DNA of 64,000 bases from contig DASCPX010000137.1 of NCBI GenBank assembly GCA_036012755.1, positions 32,001 through 96,000 on the forward strand, in the 5' to 3' direction. The stretch is from Myxococcota bacterium (GTDB lineage: Bacteria; Myxococcota_A; UBA796; CAJQPC01). A program made the translations under genes and the position numbers. Within the stretch, counting starts at the first letter, position 1, and each line of letters starts with the position of its first letter. Below the pieces are notes generated by a model. The model was not told the origin of the DNA. It did no database searches and worked only from the letters and a program-made list of their open reading frames with translations. Of the stretch, positions 53,578 through 63,830 are shown piece by piece.

Positions 53578-54555
53578 ATGGCGATGATCGCAGTCCAGTA
53601 CCTACAGAAACGCTTCGGAGCGCACGTCGCCCTGGCAGGGATCGACTTCTCCATCTCGAGGGGTGAGGTAGTGGGCTTCCTCGGGCCAAATGGCGCGGGC
53701 AAGTCCACGGCGATGAAGATCCTGACGGGCTTTCTGTCCCCGAGCGCCGGCCAGGCACGGGTCTGTGGCATCGACGTCGTCGAGGACCCCGTCGGGGCCC
53801 GACGGCACCTCGGCTACCTGCCGGAGGCCTCGCCCGTGTACCCGGACATGCGGGTCGAGGACTACCTCGACTTCGCAGGGCAGGTGCGGGGTCTTCCGCG
53901 GAGCGAGCGAGCCAACGCCATCGAGCGGGCGCTCGATCGTTGCGGGCTCATGGATCGGCGACGCCAGGTCGTGGGCACCTTGTCGAAGGGCTACAAGCAG
54001 CGCGTGGGCCTGGCCCAGGCCATGCTCCACCAGCCTGACATCCTGATGCTCGACGAGCCCACCAGCGGCCTGGATCCCAACCAGATCGTCGACATCCGCA
54101 AGCTCATCCGCGAGATCGGCGAGAGCCGCACGGTCATCCTCTCCACCCACATCCTCAGCGAGGTCCAGGCCTCCTGCGATCGCGTCATCATCATCAACAA
54201 GGGTCTCCTCGTCGCAGACGGACCCACCGACGAGGTCACGGCGGTCAGCACGGGCGAGGTCGTGCGCGCATCCCTGGTGCCCGGCGACGTGCGGCAAGAG
54301 CCCGAGGTCGTCGTGAGGGCCCTCGAGGCGCTGCCCGGGGTCACGGCGGTCCGCGTCGTTCCGGGCACCACGACGGTCGACGGCGAGCTCATCCTGCGCA
54401 TCCACGCCGACCGGGACGTCAGGGAGCGGGTCTTCCGAGCTGCCGTGAAGCTCGGTGTCGTCGTCCTGGAGCTCGGCCGAGAGCGGTCGAACCTCGAGGA
54501 CGTCTTCCGGCGCTTGACCACCGGCAACGTCACAGCGTCACCACCATCCAGATGA
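53578..54555 (+). CDS. ABC-2 type transporter ATP-binding protein (GldA-like)
   Basis: GPNGAGKST, LSKGYKQRVG, LDEPTSGLDP. Confidence 0.95.
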   Translation: MAMIAVQYLQKRFGAHVALAGIDFSISRGEVVGFLGPNGAGKSTAMKILTGFLSPSAGQARVCGIDVVEDPVGARRHLGYLPEASPVYPDMRVEDYLDFAGQVRGLPRSERANAIERALDRCGLMDRRRQVVGTLSKGYKQRVGLAQAMLHQPDILMLDEPTSGLDPNQIVDIRKLIREIGESRTVILSTHILSEVQASCDRVIIINKGLLVADGPTDEVTAVSTGEVVRASLVPGDVRQEPEVVVRALEALPGVTAVRVVPGTTTVDGELILRIHADRDVRERVFRAAVKLGVVVLELGRERSNLEDVFRRLTTGNVTASPPSR

Positions 54556-55093
54556 TCGCGCAGGCGGCGATGAGCAGCGCGCCGCCGATGAACCAGACGA
54601 AGGTCTTGCGCTCCCCCTCGCTCTCTTCTCTCTGGATCCGCTGCACCGCCTTGTCGTGCTTTTCCTGCTGGTCGCTCGTGCGCGCGGCGGCCAGGTGGCG
54701 TGCCTTGGCGGTCTCCGCCGTGCCAGGCACGAGCACAGCCTTCTTCTGCCAGCCACGCTCGGCGCTCACCAGGTGGACGATCGCCTCCACGTCGACCCCG
54801 ACGAGGCGGAGGACCTCTTCGAAGAGTGGCCAGCCCGTGATGGGAACCCAGAGGCCATCCCGGATGCGCACGTGCTCCCGGCCCTTGTAGACGCCGAGGT
54901 AGCAGCGCTCCCGGATCAGGTCCGCGTCCACCGGCCCGTCCACCTCGCCGTCGACCCGCTGGACATAGAGCCTCAGGAGCTGCACGCACTCCGGCTCCAA
55001 GGGGAACTCGTGGTGGCAGGTCGGGCAGGTCTGGGTCCCCATGGGGGCCGCGTCGTCCCAGATGTGGGCACAGTGGATGCAGGTGACGTGCAC
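54530..55093 (-). CDS. Zinc-ribbon, GYF-like and C-terminal TM protein
   Basis: CxxC...CPxC; GP...W.PI segment; TM tail. Confidence 0.7.
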   Translation of the reverse strand: MHVTCIHCAHIWDDAAPMGTQTCPTCHHEFPLEPECVQLLRLYVQRVDGEVDGPVDADLIRERCYLGVYKGREHVRIRDGLWVPITGWPLFEEVLRLVGVDVEAIVHLVSAERGWQKKAVLVPGTAETAKARHLAAARTSDQQEKHDKAVQRIQREESEGERKTFVWFIGGALLIAACAIIWMVVTL

Positions 55094-55116
55094 TGCGGCG
55101 GATCATAGACAACGCC

Positions 55117-56922
55117 ATGGAGCTCCCCACCGCATTCGTGGTCGGCACAGCCGGTCACATCGATCATGGCAAGACCAGCCTGGTGCGTGCGCTCACGGGC
55201 GTGGACCTCGACGCCCTCCCCGAAGAGAAGCGTCGCGGCATCACCATCGCGTTGGGCTTCACCCCTCTGAGCCTGCCGAGCGGTCGCGTCGCCTCCTTTG
55301 TGGACGTGCCGGGCCACGAGCGCCTCGTCCGCACCATGATCGCCGGCGCCACAGGCATAGACGCCGTGCTGCTCTGTGTCTCCGCGGTCGAGGGCGTCAT
55401 GCCCCAGACACGCGAGCACCTCGACATCCTGCGCCTGCTCGAGGTCGAGGTAGGCGCGATCGCGCTGACGATGGCCGACCTCGTCGACGATGAGATGGTC
55501 GAGCTGGCCATCGAAGACGTGCGCGAGCTCGTCGAGGGCAGCTTCCTCGACGGAGCGCCGGTAGTGGTCACCTCCGCAGAACAGCGGCGCGGTGTCGATG
55601 CGCTCATCGAGGTCCTCGATGGTCTCCCCTGCGAGGAGCGAGACCAGCGCGGTCCCTTCCGGCTGCCGGTGGACCGGACCTTCGTGCAGCGAGGCTTCGG
55701 CGCGATCGTCACCGGGACGGCGCTGTCTGGCTCTGTCTCGGACGGCGATGAGCTGGTCGTGCTGCCGCAGGGCGACAAGGTGCGGGTGCGGGGTGTGCAG
55801 GTCCACGGGCAGAAGTGCGGCGGCTCACGCGCTGGGCTGCGCACGGCCCTGAACCTCGCAGGCGCTGCTCGGGAGGAGCTCCCTAGAGGCACTGTCGTTG
55901 CATCCAAGGGGGTGCCGGTGACCTCCATGCTCGACGCCCGGGTGCAGCTGTTGCCCACTGCGCCGCGCCTCGACAGCGGCTCCAGGGTGCGCTTGCTGGT
56001 TGGCACTGCAGAGGTCCTGGCGGTGGCGCACGTGCTCGACGGGGACCTCGATCCTGGCAGCTGTCGCCTGGTCCAACTCCGCACTGGCGAGCCCGTGGTC
56101 TGCCTGCCCGGGGACCGCTTCGTCCTCCGACGGGAGTCCCCCATGACCACCCTCGGCGGCGGCGTGGTGCTCGATCCCTGGGCGCCGAAGCTCCGCCCCC
56201 GGGATCACGCCCGCGGGGTCGACGAGCTGACCCGACTGGAGGGCGGAGACAGGGGAGTCCTCCTCGAGCGGGCAGGGCTCGCGGGGCTTGCCGCGGAAGA
56301 GGCCCGACGACGCGGTGTCGAGGGCGACGCTCTCGCCGGAGTCGTCTTGTCCCCCACTGCGGTCGCGAGGCTGCGCGGCGCCCTGATCGAAGACCTCCAG
56401 CGCTTCCACGCCGAGCACCCGCTGAGCCCCGGCGCTCCCCGGCGCGCCCTGCACCGTGGCTCGCTCGCGGCCCTCGGACCGGCCTCCTTCGACGCGCTCT
56501 TGTCCACCATCGACGAGGTCGTCGCCGAGGGGCCCCGCCTGCGGCTCGAGGGCTTCTCGGTGGCGCTCACCCCGGAGCAGTCGAGGTGCCGGGAGCGCCT
56601 GCTCGACCGGGTGATCGTGGCCCGCTGGGAGGGCTCCAAGCGCGACGACCTCCTCTCCGAGATCGAGGAAGGTGCGGCACTTCTCGCCCTCCTCATGGAC
56701 GAGGACGAGGTCCAGCTCGTCGCCGGTCGGCTCTACGCCAAGGGAGCGCTCGACGATCTGATCGCCGCAGTCGAGGCGCTGCTGGAGGCCGAAGGGGAGC
56801 TCTCTCCGGGGCGCTTCAAGGCGCTCACCGGACTGGCGCGAAAGGGCGCGATCCCGCTCCTGGAGTGGCTGGATACGCGCAGGGTCACGCGTCGGGAGGG
56901 CGACGTCCGCGTCCGGTGGTAG
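55117..56922 (+). CDS. selB: Selenocysteine-specific elongation factor
   Basis: GTAGHIDHGKT, EKRRGITI.LGF, DVPGHE, MPQTREH; C-terminal RK.AIPLLE.LD. Confidence 0.93.
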   Translation: MELPTAFVVGTAGHIDHGKTSLVRALTGVDLDALPEEKRRGITIALGFTPLSLPSGRVASFVDVPGHERLVRTMIAGATGIDAVLLCVSAVEGVMPQTREHLDILRLLEVEVGAIALTMADLVDDEMVELAIEDVRELVEGSFLDGAPVVVTSAEQRRGVDALIEVLDGLPCEERDQRGPFRLPVDRTFVQRGFGAIVTGTALSGSVSDGDELVVLPQGDKVRVRGVQVHGQKCGGSRAGLRTALNLAGAAREELPRGTVVASKGVPVTSMLDARVQLLPTAPRLDSGSRVRLLVGTAEVLAVAHVLDGDLDPGSCRLVQLRTGEPVVCLPGDRFVLRRESPMTTLGGGVVLDPWAPKLRPRDHARGVDELTRLEGGDRGVLLERAGLAGLAAEEARRRGVEGDALAGVVLSPTAVARLRGALIEDLQRFHAEHPLSPGAPRRALHRGSLAALGPASFDALLSTIDEVVAEGPRLRLEGFSVALTPEQSRCRERLLDRVIVARWEGSKRDDLLSEIEEGAALLALLMDEDEVQLVAGRLYAKGALDDLIAAVEALLEAEGELSPGRFKALTGLARKGAIPLLEWLDTRRVTRREGDVRVRW

Positions 56923-56935
56923 AGTCGCGCGTCGG

Positions 56936-58009
56936 ATGCTGCACGTCGCCCTGTTGCTGATCTCCTGGCTCCTCTCTGGGGTGGCTCTGGCCGAGGAGGA
57001 TCCGGGGATCCTCAAGATCAACGCGAACGTCGTCGGGGCGGAGATCCGCATCGATCACGAGCCTGTAGGAGAGACTCCGCTCACCCGCTACATGCCCCCC
57101 GGGCACTACTCGGTTCGCGTCGCCGCGGACGGCTACAACCCCTTCGTCCAGCGGGTCACCGTCTATCCGGGCAGGCGTACCGATCTCGGTGCCACGCTGA
57201 TTCGCGGTGGGAGCACCGTCGAGTTCGTCGTCGAGCCCGGAGGCGCCAACATCGAGCTCAACGGCCAGGACACGGGCTTCCGGACCCCTACCCGCATCCC
57301 GAAGGTGTCGGCTGGGACATATCAGTACAAGGTCACCAAGCCTGGCTACGAGCCGGTCGAGGGGACCTTCTCCCTCTCCGACGGTGGCAACGCCGTGGTG
57401 GTGGGCTCGCTGGAGTCTTCGGCTGGCCGCTTCTCGATCGCCTCGCGACCCGAGGGCGCGAGCGTCTACCTTGACGGCGAGATGGTTGGAGTGACCCCCG
57501 TCGACCTCACCGGCATCCACCCTGGCACCCACCAGGTGGGGCTGGCGCATCCGGACCACCCCCTGGTCGTTCGCGAGGTCGACACCTCTGACGGCAGCAA
57601 GGGTGTGGTGGACGCCAAGCTCAAGGACGGTGGCGGCAAGCTCGTCGTCGTGACCGGCTCGCCCAGCGGCACGGTCTCCCTGGATGGCGTACCCGTGGGC
57701 ACTGGCAAGAAGGTGAAGGCCCGCGCCGCTCGGGGCTCCTACGAGGTCGTCGTGGGTGGTACCGGCGCCGAGCCGGTGTCGCTGGAGGTCACCGTCCCCC
57801 TGTCGGGCTCCCTCTACTACGAAGCCGCGCTCGCTCCGAGCGGAGGAATCTCCACGCTCACGGAGAAGACGCCACCTCTGAAGCGTCCCCTCACCTGGGT
57901 CGCCATCGGCGGAGGTGCGGCCCTCGTCGGCGGGGGTGCCGTCGTCACCGCGGTGGTGCTGTCCCCCGAACCCGATCCCGTGGGCGACGTCGTCCTCCAG
58001 CTCCCCTGA
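56936..58009 (+). CDS. PEGA domain protein
   Basis: Repeated P.GA.V.LDG..VG.TP motifs; signal peptide and C-terminal TM. Confidence 0.9.
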   Translation: MLHVALLLISWLLSGVALAEEDPGILKINANVVGAEIRIDHEPVGETPLTRYMPPGHYSVRVAADGYNPFVQRVTVYPGRRTDLGATLIRGGSTVEFVVEPGGANIELNGQDTGFRTPTRIPKVSAGTYQYKVTKPGYEPVEGTFSLSDGGNAVVVGSLESSAGRFSIASRPEGASVYLDGEMVGVTPVDLTGIHPGTHQVGLAHPDHPLVVREVDTSDGSKGVVDAKLKDGGGKLVVVTGSPSGTVSLDGVPVGTGKKVKARAARGSYEVVVGGTGAEPVSLEVTVPLSGSLYYEAALAPSGGISTLTEKTPPLKRPLTWVAIGGGAALVGGGAVVTAVVLSPEPDPVGDVVLQLP

Positions 58010-58011
58010 TC

Positions 58012-61000
58012 ATGCTCCTCCTGCTCGCCTGTACCGGCAACCAGCCAGAGAAGACCTCGATCCTCGTGACCGTGGTCGGCCCTGATCTCGCGAGCGTCGC
58101 GACGGAAGCGGAGAGCCTGGTCCTCGTGGGCGACCCTGACGTGCCCTTCGTCGACGGGGACGGCTACGCCATCGAGGGCGAGTTCGGGAGCTTCGTCTTC
58201 GTAGACGCCATCGATGACGACGAGGAGCTCGAGCTCACCCACACGCGCGGGTTCAGCGCGGACCTCCCGACCATCGAGCTGCTCGCGGGGGCCAACCGCC
58301 CGGAGCTCTCCTTCACTGCCTGGGCGGAGACCGAGGGTGTCGGCATCGTGGCCATGGCCGACACGGTCGGCCCGGTCTCCTTCGTCGACGACGAGGTCGT
58401 CGAGGTCACAGTGACCGGGCTGGTGCTGCTCGACGTGCCCCTTTCCGGTTGCACCGACGAGCTCGACAACGACGATGACGGCTGGGTCGACGCGGACGAC
58501 TCCGACTGCGACGAGGGGATCACGGAGGAAGGACACGGCACCACCGAGTGCAACGACGACAAGGACAACGACGCCGACGGCGCCGTCGACTCAGAGGACG
58601 TCGACTGCGACGACGCAGGCGATGACACGGAGGCCAACGGCTGCACCGACGAGCTCGACAACGACGGCGACGGCTGGATCGACGACGAGGACTGGGAGTG
58701 CCTCGACGGCACCGAAGAAGACGGCGTCTACAGCGACGAGTACGGCTGCTCCAACGGCGAAGACGACGACCTCGACGGGGACACCGACTTCAACGACACG
58801 GACTGCTCCGACGGCTTCGACGACGAGTACCCGGAGCTGTGCGACAACGGCGAGGACGACGACGGCGACGGCTGGTTCGACGCGGACGACCCGGACTGCG
58901 ACACCTCCGACGAGGAGTCCGGCTTCGGCACGTGGCTCTGCAACGACGGCGAGGACAACGACCTCGACGATCTCATCGACGCGGACGACCCGAGCTGCCG
59001 CAACGCCTTCGACATGACCGAGCTCGACCAGTGCGAGGACGGCATCGACAACGACGGGGACCTCTGGACGGACACGGACGACCTCGGCTGCGACGGGGAC
59101 GAGCACGGGGAGTCCGAGGGGTCGGGCTTCGAGGACGAGGCGGAGTGCTCCGACGGCATCGACAACGACGGGGACGGCTACATCGACGGCCTCGACGAGG
59201 AGTGCAACTCTCCCCTGGACGACGCAGAGGACTCCGACTGCGCGGACGAGCTCGACAACGACGGCGACGGCTGGACCGACGCTGACGACCCGGACTGCGA
59301 CACCGACGGCGCCGAGCTCGGCTTCACGGACGCTGCCTGCAACGATTTTTCCGACAACGACGGCGACGGGGACACCGACTCCGACGACGACGACTGCACC
59401 TCGGCCACGGACGACGACGAGACCGACCACTGTGACGACGAGCTCGACAACGACGGCGACGGGTGGGAGGACGGCGACGACCCGGACTGCGCGAGCGGGA
59501 CCGAGGAGAGCGGCTTCGGCTCGAACGACTGCAACGACGGCGCCGACAACGACGGGGACCTCCTCATCGACGTCGAGGACAGCTACTGCACGGCAGCGAG
59601 CGGCACCGCGGAGGCGGCGGAGTGCGACAACGGCGACGACGACGACGGTGACGGCTGGACCGACGACGACGATCCGGACTGCACCAGCGGCTCGACCGAG
59701 GCCGGCTACGGCTCCACCGAGTGCAACGACAGCGCCGACAACGACTCCGACGGCTACTTCGACGCCGACGACCCCGACTGCGCCTCCGCAGAGGACGACT
59801 ACGAGGAGGAGTACGACTGCTCCGACGGCGAGGACAACGACGGCGACGGCTGGACCGACACAGACGATCCCGCCTGCGGCTCCAGTGACACCGGCACCTC
59901 CGAGTCCCCCGCGAGCTCGGCCTACGACTGCAACGACGGCGACGACAACGACAGCGACGGCTACACCGACGCCGACGACCTGGGCTGCGCCGACGGCTTC
60001 GACACCGACGAGTCCGACGAGCCGATCACCCACTGCAACGACGAGCTCGACAACGACTCGGATGGCTACACCGACGCCGACGATCCCGACTGCTACGACC
60101 GGAGCGCGACGAGCGAGAGCGGCTACGGCAGCACCGAGTGCAACGACGGCTCGGACAACGACTCGGATGGCTACACCGACGCCGACGACGACGACTGCGA
60201 GGCGGCTGACGACGACAACGAGGACACCGCGAGCGACGACTGCAGCGACGGCTACGACGACGACGGCGACGGCTGGGTGGACGACGACGACCCGGACTGC
60301 TCGATCGGCACGAGCGAGTCCGGCACGGGCTCGGCGGCCTGCAACGACGGCACCGACAACGACGGCGACGGCGACACCGACGCGGACGACGGCGAGTGCT
60401 CCTCTGCGACTGACACCGCCGAGTCGGGTGACTGCAACGACGGGAGCGACAACGACGGCGACGGCTGGACCGACTCGGCGGATCCGGAGTGCTCCTCTGG
60501 CCTGAGCGAAGACGGCGTGGTGGGCTCCACCGAGTGCTCGGACCTCGCCGACAACGACGGGGACCTCCTCGTCGACTACGAGGACGGCGGCTGCGCGGAC
60601 GCCTACGACGACGTCGAGGACGACGCGGCGGGTGACTGCGAGGACTCGGCGGACGGTGACGGCGACGGCTGGGTCGACGCCGACGACCTCGACTGCCTGA
60701 CCGATGGCAGCGAGCTGAGCACCACCTCGTATGCCTGCAACGATGGCAGCGACAACGACGGTGACGGCGACACGGACGCCGCCGACAGCGACTGCCTCGT
60801 CGCCTGGCAGGACTTCGAAGAGATCGACGCCTCCTGCGAGGACGGCGAGGACGACGACGGTGACGGCTGGGTGGACGATGACGACCCGGACTGCTCCGTG
60901 GACGGCGAGGAGATCGGCTACCTGCCGCTGGACTGCAACGACGGAGCTGACGGCGACGGCGACGGCGACACCGACAGCGACGACAGCGACTGCGACGATG

Positions 61001-62262
61001 GCTTCGACGACGACGAGGAGCGCCCCTCGGCCACCTGCCGAAACAGCTCTGACGACGACGGCGACGGCTGGTTCGACGAGGACGACCCGGACTGCTTCGA
61101 CGGCGGCGACGAGACCGCGGGTGTCACCGGCGTGGCCGAGTGCAACGACGGCTCCGACAACGACGGCGACAACGACGTCGACGCAGATGACACGACCGGC
61201 TGCACCGATGCCTGGGACAACCGGGAGCTCGACGGGCACACCGGCTCGTGCAGCAGCGGCACCGACAGCGACGGCGACGGCTGGGCAGACGACGAGGACC
61301 CGGACTGCGGGCTCTTCGGAAAGGAGATCGGCTTTTCGACGCTCACCTGCAACAACGGCGAGGACGACGAGGGCGACGGCGACGCCGACGCGGACGACGC
61401 TGGCTGTGTGGACGGCTGGGACACGGTCGAGAACGACCCGGCGTCGACCTGCTCGGACTCCACCGACAATGACGGTGACGGCTGGGAGGACATGTACGAC
61501 CCCGACTGCATCGATGGCACGAGCGAGTCCGGCACCGGGAGCGCTGCCGAGTGCCACGACGGCGTGGACAACGACAGCGACGGTGACACCGACGGCGACG
61601 ACGGCGACTGTCTGGACGCCTGGGACAACAGCGAGCACGTCGACGGCTACGGGGCGGACTGCACGGACGGGAGCGACAACGACGGCGACGGCTGGGCTGA
61701 CGAAGACGACCCGGACTGCGACTGGGGTGACGTCGAGGAGGACGTGCAGGACTGGGAGTGCTCCAACGGGACCGACGACGACAGCGACGGCGACAGCGAC
61801 AGCGACGACCTGGGCTGCGACTCGGCCTTCGACGACAACGAGACCGGTGACGGCTGCACCAACGAGACCGACGACGACGGCGATGGCTGGGTCGACGACG
61901 ACGACCCGGACTGCGCCAGCGGCTACTCAGAGGTCAGCACCTCGTCCGCGGCCTGCAACGACGGCTTCGACAACGACGGCGACAGCGACATCGACGCAGA
62001 CGACATCGGCTGCGAGGACGGCTCGGACACCGACGAGACGGATCCGGTGACGGAGTGCAACGACGAGGCGGACAACGACTCCGACGGCTGGATCGACCTG
62101 GACGACCCGGACTGTGACGACGACCCGCTGACGGAAGAGGAGATCGACTTCGACACCCGCTACGACTGCAACGACTCGGTCGACAACGACGGCGACGGCG
62201 ACGGCACGGATGCCGATGACCCCGACTGCCGGGACGGCTACGACAACAACGAAGGCGCCTAG
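58012..62262 (+). CDS. Giant Asp/Cys-rich repeat lipoprotein (about 38 CxDxxDNDGDxxxDxxDxxC units)
   Basis: MLLLLAC lipobox; N-terminal globular region followed by tandem repeats. Confidence 0.9.
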   Translation: MLLLLACTGNQPEKTSILVTVVGPDLASVATEAESLVLVGDPDVPFVDGDGYAIEGEFGSFVFVDAIDDDEELELTHTRGFSADLPTIELLAGANRPELSFTAWAETEGVGIVAMADTVGPVSFVDDEVVEVTVTGLVLLDVPLSGCTDELDNDDDGWVDADDSDCDEGITEEGHGTTECNDDKDNDADGAVDSEDVDCDDAGDDTEANGCTDELDNDGDGWIDDEDWECLDGTEEDGVYSDEYGCSNGEDDDLDGDTDFNDTDCSDGFDDEYPELCDNGEDDDGDGWFDADDPDCDTSDEESGFGTWLCNDGEDNDLDDLIDADDPSCRNAFDMTELDQCEDGIDNDGDLWTDTDDLGCDGDEHGESEGSGFEDEAECSDGIDNDGDGYIDGLDEECNSPLDDAEDSDCADELDNDGDGWTDADDPDCDTDGAELGFTDAACNDFSDNDGDGDTDSDDDDCTSATDDDETDHCDDELDNDGDGWEDGDDPDCASGTEESGFGSNDCNDGADNDGDLLIDVEDSYCTAASGTAEAAECDNGDDDDGDGWTDDDDPDCTSGSTEAGYGSTECNDSADNDSDGYFDADDPDCASAEDDYEEEYDCSDGEDNDGDGWTDTDDPACGSSDTGTSESPASSAYDCNDGDDNDSDGYTDADDLGCADGFDTDESDEPITHCNDELDNDSDGYTDADDPDCYDRSATSESGYGSTECNDGSDNDSDGYTDADDDDCEAADDDNEDTASDDCSDGYDDDGDGWVDDDDPDCSIGTSESGTGSAACNDGTDNDGDGDTDADDGECSSATDTAESGDCNDGSDNDGDGWTDSADPECSSGLSEDGVVGSTECSDLADNDGDLLVDYEDGGCADAYDDVEDDAAGDCEDSADGDGDGWVDADDLDCLTDGSELSTTSYACNDGSDNDGDGDTDAADSDCLVAWQDFEEIDASCEDGEDDDGDGWVDDDDPDCSVDGEEIGYLPLDCNDGADGDGDGDTDSDDSDCDDGFDDDEERPSATCRNSSDDDGDGWFDEDDPDCFDGGDETAGVTGVAECNDGSDNDGDNDVDADDTTGCTDAWDNRELDGHTGSCSSGTDSDGDGWADDEDPDCGLFGKEIGFSTLTCNNGEDDEGDGDADADDAGCVDGWDTVENDPASTCSDSTDNDGDGWEDMYDPDCIDGTSESGTGSAAECHDGVDNDSDGDTDGDDGDCLDAWDNSEHVDGYGADCTDGSDNDGDGWADEDDPDCDWGDVEEDVQDWECSNGTDDDSDGDSDSDDLGCDSAFDDNETGDGCTNETDDDGDGWVDDDDPDCASGYSEVSTSSAACNDGFDNDGDSDIDADDIGCEDGSDTDETDPVTECNDEADNDSDGWIDLDDPDCDDDPLTEEEIDFDTRYDCNDSVDNDGDGDGTDADDPDCRDGYDNNEGA

Positions 62263-62484
62263 CGGGACCTCGCCGCGCGGAGGTGGTCGCCCTGGGCGCG
62301 GAGTACATCAACCACCGGCCCGGGCTCATCCGCTCCCAGGACGGCAAGCGAGACGTGGCGCGCGGTGTCCGGCTCGACCTGCACCTCATCAAGGCGCCTT
62401 CGGGACGACGCTGTGACCCCCTCGTTCCAAGCCCCACCGTCCTGGTGCTCCGAAGCCTCAGCGTGCCACGACTGCGACTGTCCA

Positions 62485-62903
62485 TCACAGGGTGCCCGCT
62501 TGGAGCCGGTCGTGGTCGGTCGGGAGCAGGAAGCCGGGGTTGCTGCGAAGCGCGCGTCCGAGCAGCGGAGCGTCCTCGTCCACGAGCTCAATGGACCGAT
62601 GGCCCTCCTGGTACTGGCGCAAGTACCGGCGTCGGACCTTCATCACCCGCTCATCACGCCGCACGCGCTCGAGGACGTTGGCTACAGCGTCTCGCTGGTC
62701 GGGCGGGACACGCGCTGTGGACCGTAGTTCCATCGAGGGAAGGTCCAGCTCGAACCAATCGCGTCGCGGTACTGGAGCCAGAACGGGCTGGGGCGCTCGG
62801 CATTGCGGTGATCCGCTGGGCCGTGGTTCAACGACGCTCGCCCCTTCTTCAAGACGTGGGTCTGCCAGCCCCAGGGGCGATCCGGCGGGTCAACGTGCCT
62901 CAT
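62485..62903 (-). pseudogene. Partner of the ATPase (HNH-type family), internally deleted and frameshifted near 62760
   Basis: N-part MRHVDPP...PFW.QYRDA jumps to DWFELDLPS...DERV..R...Y..G...APLL in another frame. Confidence 0.6.
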
Positions 62904-63830
62904 CGTTCCCCCGACCGGCCCGACGCCCGGGGCGATAGGCCAGGGTCCACTGTGGCCAGAAATCGTCGTGGCCTGGCAGGGTGTGCTTCAGAGCATCGTG
63001 GACTCGCTCGACCAGCGGGCGACGGAGGTAGGCGTCGTCTGCGATGGCTTCCAGCCAGCCCATCTCGGGCAGCGCTGGCGCGGCGTCGGAGGGCAGTTCG
63101 TCGAGGCGCAGGTACAGCGCGCCGAGGTTGTCTTCGGCATCGCCAGGGCGGTCCGCCATGAAGTCCATCGCGGCGGCGATCGCCAGATCTGCCTCGCGCG
63201 AGCGGCCCCCCACGTGCCCGAAGACCTCTGAGGCGAGCCAGTTGGACACATCGCCCTCCTTGCCGAACGGAAGCTCGTTTACGCGGACCAGCCGGCCGTC
63301 GCGCTCCAACACGAACAGGTCGTCGCGGTCCTCACGGAACACGCTTTCCAGGGAGGCGAGGACCATTGGCGAGTGGGTGGTCACGAAGAATTGGGCCGAG
63401 ACCTTCGAGGCGATGACGCTGACGGCCTTGTGGACCGCAGGCAGGAGCATCCGCTGCCACTTGGGGTGGAGGTGGAGCTCGACTTCGTCTATCAACACCA
63501 CCATGTCGGTGGTGGGCGGGCGGTTTGTGAGCTTCGCGGCGTTCGTATGCTCGGTCCAGGCCCACACCAACAGGTAGGCCAGGCCGAGTATGCGCTTCGT
63601 TCCCGCAGACGCGAGGGTGACCGGGACCTCGCCGTAGGGGAGCGCGAGCGTGGGGATGTCCACGCGGTCATCGACTCGCACCCTGGTCGGGCCTCCCGGC
63701 ACGAGCGGCTCGCCGGGCTCCGACAGATGTTCCAACACCCGACATAGGGACTGGAACTCCGGGGCGCCTGTGCCCTGCCAGCTCACCCAGTCCTCGAGGA
63801 GCCCTCGGCTCAGCGTTCGAGGACGACCAG
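62890..63830 (-). pseudogene. ABC/AAA_21-type ATPase, N-terminally truncated
   Basis: ASAG..RI signature, LIDEVELHLHPKWQR, TTHSP; no Walker A; abuts a MopE gene fragment. Confidence 0.75.
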
